Translations under genes and position numbers: made by a program
Assembly: GCA_035326705.1 (NCBI GenBank)
Contig: DAOLES010000003.1
Location: 129,921 to 193,920 of the forward strand
DNA from: Oligoflexia bacterium
GTDB taxonomy: Bacteria > Bdellovibrionota_G > JALEGL01
DNA length: 64,000 nt
Direction of reading: 5' to 3'
Part shown: piece by piece, positions 22,629 to 31,878 of the stretch
Layout: each line of letters begins with the position of its first letter
How positions within the stretch are numbered: the stretch's first letter is position 1
The notes under the pieces: generated by a model
Database searches by the model: none
Told to the model about the DNA's origin: nothing
Seen by the model: only the letters and a program-made list of their open reading frames with translations

Positions 22629-24301
22629 TTTAAAACATTGACCTCATCCACTTTAGCATCAAATAAACCTAAAGTTTCCTGAACCTTTTTATCTTCTAAA
22701 ACAGTTTTTTCTGCTTGTGCTTGCTTCACTGAGTGTGGGGTTTCGTCTTGACTTTGCTCACCACTTTCACGGATACTCAATTGATACTTTTCTCCAAAAA
22801 GTGTTTCGCTTAATTCTTCAACATACTGTTTAAATTCTTTTTCTTTTGCACGCTCAAGATAAAAAGAGCTTTTTGGAAAGCCTAAAACAATGCGCTGATT
22901 TTCAACCTTATGCCTATCGCTTTGTAATAAAATGGCTGCATACGATGGTTTATTTTTCTTTGTTACTTGCAACAGTTGATCCCAATGCGTCTGATCACTC
23001 TTGTCTTGGATATCTGTTGTTTGTGCTGAATTTTGAGCCATAGGTTCATTGTTTATTGGCTCATGCATTGGCTTTGCAACAGGCATGGCTTTCTGTAAAG
23101 ATTGTGATGTTTGAGTTTGAACTGCTGGTGCTTTACCTTGAACCGGTGTCAAGTTTGTACCTTTTTTAGCATTGATTTGTTCAAGTAAATCATCCACATC
23201 AATGCGTGGAATATAACGCGCTGCTTTTATCATGGTCACTTCCAGCAAACGCTTGGCAAAATTACTGCGTCCCAACTCATTGATGGTATTTTTAAACAAA
23301 TCAAACCAACGCTCTAGCTCTTCATCTGCAATAGTTTGCGCTAAACCTTTAAGCCTAGCCAACTCTTCTTCTGTTGCCCGCACCAAATGATCTGCTCCAC
23401 CAGCTTTAATGACTAAAATATCACGCACTTTCTCAAGTAAATCTGTTAGATAGTTTTTTGGATCAACTCCGGTTTGAAATACCTTTTCCAGAACTTGTAA
23501 AATACCCTCTACAGAATGTTCACTTAAACACTGCAAACTCTCATCTAAAATAGATTTATGGGTTAAGCCCAAAATATCAATAACGTCTTTTTCTAAAATG
23601 GTTTCATCTAAACTAGAAATCAAAGCAATGACCTGATCCAATAAAGACAAAGCATCTCTAACACTACCCGCCGCTTGTATAATCAATAAATCCAGGGCTG
23701 CTGGCTCCATATTGATTTTTTCTTGTTGTAAAATGTTTTGCAAGTGTTGCTTAAGATGGGTTTCAGCCACTTCTTTAAAGTCAAAACGTTGACAACGTGA
23801 ATGAATGGTATCTGGAATCTTCTGAGGCTCAGTGGTTGCAAAAATAAATTTTACATGTGAAGGCGGTTCTTCTAATGTTTTTAATAGCGCATTAAAGGCA
23901 CTGGTTGAAAGCATATGCACTTCATCAATGATAAAAATTTTATACTTTGATTTAGAGGGTGCATATTGCACATTATCTTTTAACTCACGAATATCATCAA
24001 CAGATGTATTAGACGCGCCATCAATCTCAATCACATCAATGTTTTGGCTGGCTGAAATCTCTTTGCAATTGGTGCACTCATTGCACGGATTAATATCTTG
24101 TGGATTTTCACAGTTTAAGGCTTTGGCAACAATTCTTGCGGATGTGGTTTTACCGACCCCACGGGTTCCAGTAAACAACATGGCATGCGGTACACGATTT
24201 AAGCGAATGGCATTTTTTATGATTTTTACAATGGTTTCTTGTCCAACCAAATCATCAAAACTTTGTGGTCGCCATTTCCGCGCCAACACCACATAACTCA
24301 T
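22625..24301 (-). CDS. dnaX: DNA polymerase III subunit gamma/tau
   Basis: 558 aa with an N-terminal AAA+ clamp-loader domain (MSYVVLARKWRP...GTRGVGKTT). It overlaps recR by 4 nt. Confidence 0.9.
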   Translation of the reverse strand: MSYVVLARKWRPQSFDDLVGQETIVKIIKNAIRLNRVPHAMLFTGTRGVGKTTSARIVAKALNCENPQDINPCNECTNCKEISASQNIDVIEIDGASNTSVDDIRELKDNVQYAPSKSKYKIFIIDEVHMLSTSAFNALLKTLEEPPSHVKFIFATTEPQKIPDTIHSRCQRFDFKEVAETHLKQHLQNILQQEKINMEPAALDLLIIQAAGSVRDALSLLDQVIALISSLDETILEKDVIDILGLTHKSILDESLQCLSEHSVEGILQVLEKVFQTGVDPKNYLTDLLEKVRDILVIKAGGADHLVRATEEELARLKGLAQTIADEELERWFDLFKNTINELGRSNFAKRLLEVTMIKAARYIPRIDVDDLLEQINAKKGTNLTPVQGKAPAVQTQTSQSLQKAMPVAKPMHEPINNEPMAQNSAQTTDIQDKSDQTHWDQLLQVTKKNKPSYAAILLQSDRHKVENQRIVLGFPKSSFYLERAKEKEFKQYVEELSETLFGEKYQLSIRESGEQSQDETPHSVKQAQAEKTVLEDKKVQETLGLFDAKVDEVNVLK

Positions 24302-24334
24302 ACAAGACTCTCCTTAAAGCACCATAGAAATAAA

Positions 24335-24447
24335 GTGATCGCCAGAAAAAAAGCGGCACCCAAAGAGGGCTCCGTGCCGCTGCTTCCTTCCGGACCTGAC
24401 GGAATTGGGAGTCGTTTGTCGCGCAAATTCCGGCGATCACTGCGACC
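24335..24447 (-). ncRNA. ffs: Signal recognition particle RNA (4.5S/ffs), small type
   Basis: The minus strand reads ...CCGTCAGGTCCGGAAGGAAGCAGCGGCACGG..., which contains the universally conserved SRP domain IV motif GUCAGGUCCGGAAGGAAGCAGC. The 5' (GTGATCGCC) and 3' (GGCGATCAC) ends are complementary. An internal GC hairpin plus a T7 run sits near the 3' end. The locus is immediately upstream of dnaX, a common arrangement. The ends are approximate. Confidence 0.75.
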
Positions 24448-24468
24448 TATACCATTAAGATGGGTTTT

Positions 24469-24498
24469 TTTAAAGTAGAAAAGCAGAAATTGGGTCAA
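24469..24498 (-). promoter_or_regulatory. Candidate sigma70-like promoter for ffs (TTGACC-18nt-TTTAAA)
   Basis: On the minus strand a TTGACC (24493-24498) is followed 18 nt later by TTTAAA (24469-24474), just upstream of the SRP RNA 5' region. Weak -10 box and the transcription start site is uncertain. Confidence 0.25.
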
Positions 24499-24601
24499 AA
24501 TCATGGATCGATGGCCATAGCCTTAGATTTTATTGACAGGTCAAAAAAATATGGTAGATAAGCATACTTCACATAACAGACATATATTATGTTTGTATGC
24601 T

Positions 24602-24645
24602 ATGGAGAGGTGGCCGACATACAGATTCTTGTGAGCGTAGCGAGC
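24602..24645 (+). repeat. Partial direct copy of the tRNA-Ser 5' end (atggagaggtggccga) plus a gagcgtagcgagc motif
   Basis: Sixteen nt identical to the start of tRNA-Ser at 24724-24739 sit 123 bp upstream of it. The adjacent 13-nt motif recurs in inverted orientation at 24924-24938. Confidence 0.6.
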
Positions 24646-24724
24646 TAGAATGTGTTAGGTTACAGATACTCTTTGTAAAGATAAATAGACTTGCTCCATG
24701 CAAAATTAGGCATGGAAGCACAAT

Positions 24725-24816
<92 letters not shown>

Positions 24817-24875
24817 TTTTTCTCTAATTCCACTCATTGTTCAATCAAATTATTTGGCTTACGCTTCAGTCTTTT

Positions 24876-24950
24876 TAGAGGGATTCGAACCTCGCGCCTT
24901 TGGCGCGGTTCGTTGGTTTATTGGGCTCGCTACGCGAGCATGGCCCTCTC
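24876..24950 (-). repeat. Inverted tRNA-like fragment (degenerate tRNA-Ser 5' end, shared motif and T-arm GGTTCGAATCC); not a foldable tRNA
   Basis: The minus strand reads agagagggcc..gcgtagcgagc..cgcgccaaaggcgcgaggttcgaatccctct. It shares GAGAGG..GCC and gcgtagcgagc with the upstream element at 24602-24645, and it has a canonical T-loop. Acceptor and T stems do not pair. Confidence 0.5.
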
Positions 24951-25002
24951 TATAATTTACTTTTACCTGACAAACTTAAGATGACGCGTTATAAATTCAT
25001 TT

Positions 25003-25626
25003 ATGGATCTTTTTGAACAGCTTGTTGGTCAGCCGCGGAATGTGTTGCCCTATGATGGGACGGTTTATTATTATGGTCCTATCTTTGCCGCTGATCATGC
25101 TCAATATTATTTTGATTGCTTGTTAAAAGAAGTTGCTTGGCAGTATGATCAAGCCGTTATTTTAGGTAAAACCATTGTTACCAAAAGGAAAGTAGCTTGG
25201 TATGCTGATCAGGCATTTACTTACACCTACTCTAAAACAACCAGAACTGCTTTACCTTGGTTACCTATCTTGCTTGAGCTCAAGACTCATGTAGAAAAGA
25301 CGAGTCAAGCAAATTACAATGCCTGTTTATTGAATTTTTACCATGATGGTCAAGAAGGGATGAATTGGCACAGTGATGCTGAAAAAGAACTGGTTACGCA
25401 AGCTCCTATTGCCTCATTAAGCTTTGGTGCTGAACGGAAATTTTCTTTTAAACATAAAACAAGCAAAGAAAAACGCTCTTGTCTTTTAGAGGCTGGCAGC
25501 TTACTGGTCATGAAAGACAAAACTCAAAGCCATTGGCTTCATAGTCTACCCGCCACAAAAACAATTTTAAAACCAAGAATTAATCTTACCTTTAGACTGA
25601 TGCATGGCTATTTTGGTTCACTATAA
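25003..25626 (+). CDS. alkB: Alpha-ketoglutarate-dependent dioxygenase AlkB (DNA/RNA alkylation repair)
   Basis: 207 aa with the AlkB signatures NFYHDGQEGMNWHSD, a conserved His and RINLTFR. Confidence 0.8.
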   Translation: MDLFEQLVGQPRNVLPYDGTVYYYGPIFAADHAQYYFDCLLKEVAWQYDQAVILGKTIVTKRKVAWYADQAFTYTYSKTTRTALPWLPILLELKTHVEKTSQANYNACLLNFYHDGQEGMNWHSDAEKELVTQAPIASLSFGAERKFSFKHKTSKEKRSCLLEAGSLLVMKDKTQSHWLHSLPATKTILKPRINLTFRLMHGYFGSL

Positions 25627-25693
25627 TAAATCAATAGCAGATTGTTATTTAATTGTAGACAAGACCTTAATAGCCTTGCCTACAATTTAAGAT

Positions 25694-27013
25694 TTAATAT
25701 TGATTACATTCAACACCTTGATTAAACCCAAAGTCTGCAAGGTCTTGGTTACAGAATATTCTGTAATCGAGAGACTCTTGACTATGGTTTTTGGTGTAAA
25801 GATATTGTTTTAAAAATTCTTTACCCATTGGATTACCACTTTGTTCAATTGCACTGGTCCCTGGATGAATATTTTCTAAGACTCTATCGTTGATATCACT
25901 TACACTAGAGTTTTCTGTAAAAAATACTGTTTTTACTTCAGTACCATCAGTACCAATATCAATATTATTTATATATTTATAATAGCGTAGTTTTTTATTA
26001 ACGCCATTGACCTTGATGGTATACTTATATTGATCATCATTGTTCAATACACTGTAACGGGTAAAGCCCATGTTTTTTGGATTATAGGGATAAACATGAA
26101 ACATGGCTGAATTGTGTAATTGAAACGCAATGTACGATTGCTCCATCTGATCATCCTGTGTATTGCTATTGCATTTGGTATAAAAATCATTTTTACTAAT
26201 GGTCTCAGCTTTTAAATGCGAATTGTACCTAGAATGCATGCGCACTCTCAATTGAGAATTACTGCTATTGGATTGGTTTTGTAAATCATCATACGCAGTG
26301 TTTAAACACATCAACAAGCGCTTTCCATAAGCTTGGCCTTTAAAAGTAACAATACTATCTCCCTTAGCTTCAAGCTCAAACTGAATAGAAGATAAGCCTC
26401 CAGCACCACTATCTTTTCTAAAAAACAGTCTATGAACTTTTAAAACACCTGGATGCAAGGTACTATCATTATCTACCCAAGTACCATTTCCTAAACTTGC
26501 TCTTAATTTTTTTTCAGCATAGCTTTTAAACCATTGTTGACCAATTTTTTCATTTTGTAAATCCGCAATAACACCCATAATCTGCTGACTTGTTACCGCA
26601 AGTAAAGCACTCCAGAATTGCCCACCGTTTTTTTCTGTGCCTTGATGTTCAATGCATTCAGGTGAGTTTAAAATATCTTGTTGCTGTTGTTGCGAAGTAG
26701 CTCCTGACAAGTTACATGGATCATCAATACCCAAATCATCATAAATTTCAGGACAGGTTCCTTCTGCATTGATACTTCCACCCATTTGATTACAGGCATC
26801 CGCTGAATAGGTTGCAAATACTTCACCTGGCGTGGTCCCTTGATCAATTTGTTTATGAATTCTACTGTAGTCATCAATGGGAGGAGCACAGTAAGAAAGA
26901 CTGACTAAACATAAGATTAATATAACGTGACTTAATATTATTTTTTTTGGCTTCTTGATTCTTTTCATGTGACTTAAAATTTCAAAAAGTATGCCAAACA
27001 AATTATAACGCAA
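25694..27013 (-). CDS. Hypothetical secreted protein (signal peptide; Cys- and Gln/Asn-rich)
   Basis: 439-aa ORF with an N-terminal KKPKK n-region plus hydrophobic segment (VILILCLVSLSYCAPP). I recognise no domain. Confidence 0.55.
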   Translation of the reverse strand: MRYNLFGILFEILSHMKRIKKPKKIILSHVILILCLVSLSYCAPPIDDYSRIHKQIDQGTTPGEVFATYSADACNQMGGSINAEGTCPEIYDDLGIDDPCNLSGATSQQQQQDILNSPECIEHQGTEKNGGQFWSALLAVTSQQIMGVIADLQNEKIGQQWFKSYAEKKLRASLGNGTWVDNDSTLHPGVLKVHRLFFRKDSGAGGLSSIQFELEAKGDSIVTFKGQAYGKRLLMCLNTAYDDLQNQSNSSNSQLRVRMHSRYNSHLKAETISKNDFYTKCNSNTQDDQMEQSYIAFQLHNSAMFHVYPYNPKNMGFTRYSVLNNDDQYKYTIKVNGVNKKLRYYKYINNIDIGTDGTEVKTVFFTENSSVSDINDRVLENIHPGTSAIEQSGNPMGKEFLKQYLYTKNHSQESLDYRIFCNQDLADFGFNQGVECNQY

Positions 27014-27165
27014 AGCATTAAATTTATTATGCTCTTAAAAAATTTTTTGATGTGCAAAACTAAGGCCATTGAATCATAAGATGTCTAAAACAAAAAATTT
27101 TACTTTCATATCGCACATGCTCAAAAATAACGCAATATGTTATTCATGCAAAACATTGATATAAC

Positions 27166-28035
27166 TTGTTTTTTTTGGCACGCAAATTGCCATATTTAAT
27201 CTTTATGAAGCCAAATAAAAACTTTCCCTACGCTATATTTTTATTTTTAATCCTATTCATCTTAAACTGTGCACGTGATGACAGCGTAGATACCCCTTTA
27301 CCCGATACTGAATTTTATGTTGTTGACTTAACACCTGGATTTCAAACAACCACCAGTTCAGGTTTTGGGAAAAAAATTGTAGTTGTCTTTAGCATGCCCG
27401 TTGATCCATACACTTTATTAACATCCGGAAATTTTTCATTCATAGAAGATATTAATGGTGTACCACAAAACTTAACACATACATTGCTCCCTGATCCGCA
27501 ATCAAGTTTTGAAGTCGTGACTTTTAATATCAACTATCCTTTATCCAACCGTGCAGACTATACTTTTAACATCAGCAACGCTGTAAAAGATTTATCCTTA
27601 AGTTATAACCTAAGATATCCTGTCAGCCATCAATTTAATACCGGTGGTGGGTTTACTCAGGGTGATTATGGGACAACCGTTCCGGGAAACCCCTATATTG
27701 TTGATACTGATTACATTCGTGTGTGTGAAACATTGGCCAATGGAACTCAAGAAGATAAGGCCTACATTGATGTTAGATTCAATGAAGCTTTAGCTTTTCC
27801 TCCACTGATAGATATTCAAAGAGTTGATTTATCCAGTCAATGGACAATCAACAACAGACCGATGATTCAAAAAACACCAGGTGACCCAACACTCATGACG
27901 GTTGAGGTCGATAGTATTGGCGGTCTCAATGGCTATAGAATACGCTTCAACAACAATACTGTTCAAGACCTGCAAGGTTTAGGCATGGATGACTTTACAA
28001 GCTCAGGCATGTACCAAGCTTTTGGTGGCTGCTAA
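27166..28035 (+). CDS. Hypothetical secreted protein / possible lipoprotein
   Basis: 289 aa with an N-terminal hydrophobic leader ending in ILNCARDD (possible lipobox). It is Thr/Gly/Asn-rich and has no recognisable domain. Confidence 0.5.
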   Translation: MFFLARKLPYLIFMKPNKNFPYAIFLFLILFILNCARDDSVDTPLPDTEFYVVDLTPGFQTTTSSGFGKKIVVVFSMPVDPYTLLTSGNFSFIEDINGVPQNLTHTLLPDPQSSFEVVTFNINYPLSNRADYTFNISNAVKDLSLSYNLRYPVSHQFNTGGGFTQGDYGTTVPGNPYIVDTDYIRVCETLANGTQEDKAYIDVRFNEALAFPPLIDIQRVDLSSQWTINNRPMIQKTPGDPTLMTVEVDSIGGLNGYRIRFNNNTVQDLQGLGMDDFTSSGMYQAFGGC

Positions 28036-28037
28036 AG

Positions 28038-28445
28038 ATGTTTGCAAGAATTATGACATATAATAAATATGTCAAACGATGGTTTAGTTTAATTTTAATT
28101 CTATTTATTATCCATCCTTCTTTAACAAAGCCTAAAGTATTAAAAAAATCTTTATCAGAAGTTATCAGCGATATTCAAAACATCATGTCCGTTACAGTTA
28201 TTGCTGTTGGAGGTAACTCTAACGATGAACTAACTATAAAATCAACCCAGAAAAAACAAAGTTACGAAAAAATCTATTACTCTTTGCTTGCAGCCCTTCA
28301 CAAGGATAACAAATATGAAGTCACTCTTTCAGAATCCAAAAAAACACTACTAATTAAAAAAAGATTCGGTTGTGTTATACGCTCAAGTGCAGAAAGCATA
28401 TTCAATGATACTAAACATCTTTTAATATCTAAAGGTAATGAATAG
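28038..28445 (+). CDS. Hypothetical small exported or membrane-anchored protein
   Basis: 135 aa with an N-terminal hydrophobic segment (WFSLILILFIIHPSL). It starts 3 nt after the upstream gene. Confidence 0.4.
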   Translation: MFARIMTYNKYVKRWFSLILILFIIHPSLTKPKVLKKSLSEVISDIQNIMSVTVIAVGGNSNDELTIKSTQKKQSYEKIYYSLLAALHKDNKYEVTLSESKKTLLIKKRFGCVIRSSAESIFNDTKHLLISKGNE

Positions 28446-28553
28446 ATTGGCTTTATCAATTATTAATATGCATAAGTCTAGGTTCAGGGGTATATTTCGG
28501 AAGCGGTGCAGAAAAGATACCTGGCACTTTGATGCGGGTAAAAAATTTTTACT

Positions 28554-28904
28554 TTAGTCCAAAACTTTCTTTACAAACTTGGACTTGAGTCCCATTTGAC
28601 CAATACCAGGAATTTTACAACTGATGTCATGATCCCCTTCAACCAAACTGATGTTTTTGACTTTGGTTCCTACTTTCACTACAGAGGATGAACCTTTAAC
28701 TTTTAAATCTTTAATCACTGTCACCGTATCCCCATCTTGCAGTGGGGTTCCATTGGCATCATGAATAAGTTTTGATTCTGATTTATTGTTTTCTTCCAAA
28801 GTACGCATAGGCCATTCATACGCGCACTCTGGACAAATCAAAAGATGGCCATCTTCATAAGCATACTCAGACTGACACTGGGGACAGTTGGGTGTTTTAC
28901 TCAT
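28554..28904 (-). CDS. PhnA/YjdC-family zinc-ribbon protein
   Basis: 116 aa. An N-terminal CPQC...CPEC zinc ribbon is followed by a C-terminal PhnA-like domain ([13 protein letters not shown]...GDHDI.CKI). It overlaps the adh start by 8 nt. Confidence 0.7.
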   Translation of the reverse strand: MSKTPNCPQCQSEYAYEDGHLLICPECAYEWPMRTLEENNKSESKLIHDANGTPLQDGDTVTVIKDLKVKGSSSVVKVGTKVKNISLVEGDHDISCKIPGIGQMGLKSKFVKKVLD

Positions 28905-29949
28905 GATTTAAGCTGCTCATATCAATCACAAAACGGTGAGCTACATCACCTTTTTTTAAGTGGGCATAGGCATTATTGATTTCTTCAACTGTGATGGTTT
29001 GACATTCTGGGTGAATGTTATGTTCAGCACAAAAATCAAGCACTTCTTGGGTTTGCTTAATACCACCAATCAAAGATCCAGCAATTCTTCTTCTCCCTAA
29101 AATCAAAGGCAGGGTAACCGGCTCTTCCAAAGGACCAACCTGCCCAACAATTACCAATGATCCATCCACATCCAACAAAGACATATAAGGATTGACATCA
29201 TGTTTAACTGGAACAGTGTCTATAATCAAATCTAGGGACGATGCTGCTTTTTGCATCGCTTCTTCATCAGTTGATGCTAACATTGCCTTTGCACCAATAC
29301 TTTTGGCTTGCTCCTCTTTACTTTTTGAACGGCTAATCACCGTTACTTCTGCGCCCATGGCAACCGCAAGTTTAACTGCCATATGTCCTAATCCACCTAA
29401 ACCAATCACACCCACGCGTGAACCTTTGCTGACATTCCATTTTTTTAAAGGTGAATAAGTAGTGATGCCTGCACATAAAATAGGTGCTGCTTTAGATAAG
29501 TCCAAATTTTCTGGAACACGTAAAACAAATTCTTCACGCACAACAATATGCTTTGAATAGCCGCCTTGTGTTGTCTCACCTGAAATACGATCAGACGCAC
29601 CGTAGGTTCCTGTCATACCCTGCCGGCAATACTGTTCTTCTCCATGCTGGTGACATTGATCACAGTCCTGACAACTATCTACCATGCAACCCACGGCAAC
29701 GTTCTGCCCCACTGTATAGTTTTTAACCTCAGAACCAACTTCAATCACCTTGCCCACAATTTCATGCCCAGGTACTAAGGGATAAGGTTGTGGACCCCAA
29801 TCACCATTAACCGTATGCAAATCTGAATGACAAATACCGCTGTATAAAATTTCTATGGCCACATCATTGGCTCTTAAATCTCTGCGTTCAAAATGGTACG
29901 GACTCATATGAGCATCTGTGCCACGAGCAGCATATCCTATGGTTTTCAT
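28897..29949 (-). CDS. Zn-dependent alcohol dehydrogenase (cinnamyl-alcohol dehydrogenase / YahK-like)
   Basis: 350 aa with a GICHSDLH catalytic zinc motif, a structural-zinc Cys cluster and a GLGGLGH NADP-binding motif. Confidence 0.85.
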   Translation of the reverse strand: MKTIGYAARGTDAHMSPYHFERRDLRANDVAIEILYSGICHSDLHTVNGDWGPQPYPLVPGHEIVGKVIEVGSEVKNYTVGQNVAVGCMVDSCQDCDQCHQHGEEQYCRQGMTGTYGASDRISGETTQGGYSKHIVVREEFVLRVPENLDLSKAAPILCAGITTYSPLKKWNVSKGSRVGVIGLGGLGHMAVKLAVAMGAEVTVISRSKSKEEQAKSIGAKAMLASTDEEAMQKAASSLDLIIDTVPVKHDVNPYMSLLDVDGSLVIVGQVGPLEEPVTLPLILGRRRIAGSLIGGIKQTQEVLDFCAEHNIHPECQTITVEEINNAYAHLKKGDVAHRFVIDMSSLNHE

Positions 29950-30051
29950 TTTAGGCTCCTAGCTTAAGGTTATAAACTTTCTTGACTGAGATCATTGCAT
30001 ACCTTGATGATTTAGCCAAGCATTTGCTCTCCGGCTGAAACAGTTCATTTT

Positions 30052-30792
30052 TCAACTCAAACTTTTAAGATAATGATCAGCATCTCTCCAGTTGGGCATG
30101 ACTCTATCTAAGAGTAGATAAAAACGCGGGCTATGACTAAAATACTGGGTGTGACACAGCTCATGATAAATGACGCTTTTTAAACAGATGTCAGGTAAAT
30201 GAAGCAGTTTTGTATTGAGTGTAATACGATGTTGTTTTTTACTGTAATTGCCCCATTGTCGTTTCATGTTTTTAATGTTCCACTGTGGATAAGCTGTAGT
30301 GTAAAAATTTTTAAAATGTGCAAAACAGTGTTGGATATAAGGTTCAAACATGGTTTCAGATAATTCCAACATAGCTTTATCAAAATACAATTTTTGATTT
30401 TTTTTTCCAATGCGCTGCGAGTAATAAAAAATAAGTTGCCTTTGCGCTAGTTTAATTTTTGTTTGTATGGCAGGCACCATTAATAAAACATAGTTTTCCC
30501 CTAATATGGGAATTTCATGGCCGTTGTCTATTTGACTTGCATATAAATAATTATGCTTAGCCATCTGAATTTTTCTTTGCTCTATCCACTGTTCATGTTT
30601 AGCAACAAACTCATCAATAAATGTCCGCGACATTTTTAATGGTGCTCTCACTTCTACAGTTTGATCTGGCAAGACATGCAAAGACACTGTTTTTCTTTTT
30701 TTACGAACCAAGGTGTAAGTTATAGCTTCTGAAACATTTAGGTCAGTTGCTTGATGTTTAGGAAAAATATTTAATTTTAACTGTTCAAACAT
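30052..30792 (-). CDS. YgjP-like (DUF45/M48-like) metal-dependent hydrolase
   Basis: 246 aa with a C-terminal HELCH (HExxH) motif in a YgjP-type context. Confidence 0.55.
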   Translation of the reverse strand: MFEQLKLNIFPKHQATDLNVSEAITYTLVRKKRKTVSLHVLPDQTVEVRAPLKMSRTFIDEFVAKHEQWIEQRKIQMAKHNYLYASQIDNGHEIPILGENYVLLMVPAIQTKIKLAQRQLIFYYSQRIGKKNQKLYFDKAMLELSETMFEPYIQHCFAHFKNFYTTAYPQWNIKNMKRQWGNYSKKQHRITLNTKLLHLPDICLKSVIYHELCHTQYFSHSPRFYLLLDRVMPNWRDADHYLKSLS

Positions 30793-30827
30793 TCTATTAG
30801 GTTTGTTCTAGCCTATGCTAGAAATAT

Positions 30828-31802
30828 TTACCAGCCCAACAAATAAGCAAAAATGAGTGGCGCTACAATGGTTGCATCACTTTCAATGACAAATTTGGGT
30901 GTATCAATATCCAGTTTACCCCATGTGATTTTTTCATTGGGTACTGCGCCTGAGTATGAACCATAGCTTGTGGTAGAATCTGAGATTTGGCAAAAATAAC
31001 TCCAAAATGGAATGTCATCCATTTCATTATCTTGAAACAACATGGGCACAACACAGATGGGAAAATCCCCAGCAATCCCACCACCAATTTGGAAAAAACC
31101 AATACCTGCATCATTCTTATTTTTTAAGTACCAGTCTGCCAAATAAACCATGTATTCAATACCAGATTTTACTGTTGATGGTTGCAACTCATTCTTAATC
31201 ACGTAAGAGGCAAAGATATTGCCCATGGTTGAGTCTTCCCAACCAGGAACCACCATGGGTAAGTTTTTTTCTGCTGCAGCTAACATCCATGAATTCTTTG
31301 GATCAATTTCATAATATTGCTCCAACTCCCCACTGAGCAAAATTTGATACATGTATTCATGCGGAAAAAAGCGTTCACCTTTTGCTTCTGCTTGTTGCCA
31401 GGCTTTAAAAATATGCTTTTGTAAACGTCTAAAGGCTTCTTCTTCTGGAATACATGTATCGGTTACTCTGTTGAGCCCTTGATCAAATAATTTTTTTTCA
31501 TCCAGACCGGATAAATCTCTATAATTGGGGACTCTTCTGTAATGTGAATGCGCCACCAAGTTCATCAAATCTTCTTCTAAGTTGGCTCCAGTACAAGAAA
31601 TAAAGGCTACTTTATCTTGTCTAATCATTTCCGCAAATGATAGACCTATTTCTGCGGTACTCATAGCTCCAGCCAAGGTGACCATCATTTTTCCATTGTT
31701 TGCTAAATGATCTTGGTAACCTTGAGCTGCATCAATTAAAGCTGCTGCGTTAAAGTGTTTAAAATGGTCTGTGATAAATTTTGTTACTGTTCCTGCTGAC
31801 AT
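30828..31802 (-). CDS. Deoxyhypusine synthase-like protein
   Basis: 324 aa with similarity to the DHS family (MVTLAGAMSTAEIG...ISCTGANLEEDL...GGGIAGDF). Confidence 0.7.
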   Translation of the reverse strand: MSAGTVTKFITDHFKHFNAAALIDAAQGYQDHLANNGKMMVTLAGAMSTAEIGLSFAEMIRQDKVAFISCTGANLEEDLMNLVAHSHYRRVPNYRDLSGLDEKKLFDQGLNRVTDTCIPEEEAFRRLQKHIFKAWQQAEAKGERFFPHEYMYQILLSGELEQYYEIDPKNSWMLAAAEKNLPMVVPGWEDSTMGNIFASYVIKNELQPSTVKSGIEYMVYLADWYLKNKNDAGIGFFQIGGGIAGDFPICVVPMLFQDNEMDDIPFWSYFCQISDSTTSYGSYSGAVPNEKITWGKLDIDTPKFVIESDATIVAPLIFAYLLGW

Positions 31803-31878
31803 TTAATATGCTATATCCTTAAATTTAAAAATATGCTCATAAAATCCGTAAAAAAATTCTAGCTTTCAAATCAACGCA

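Noticed and set aside
23832-24296. 154-aa ORF antisense to dnaX, and similar antisense or overlapping ORFs (for example 10326-10634 opposite trxA, 35665-35916 in mgtC, 57415-58002 in rpoD)
   Set aside because: They are embedded in the opposite strand of strongly conserved genes. These are typical spurious ORFs.
24850-24960. Possible second tRNA gene on the minus strand (contains GGTTCGAATCC)
   Set aside because: The acceptor and T stems do not pair (gcgagg/ccctc) and no anticodon arm can be drawn. I treat it as a tRNA-derived fragment or repeat, reported as a finding, not as a functional tRNA.
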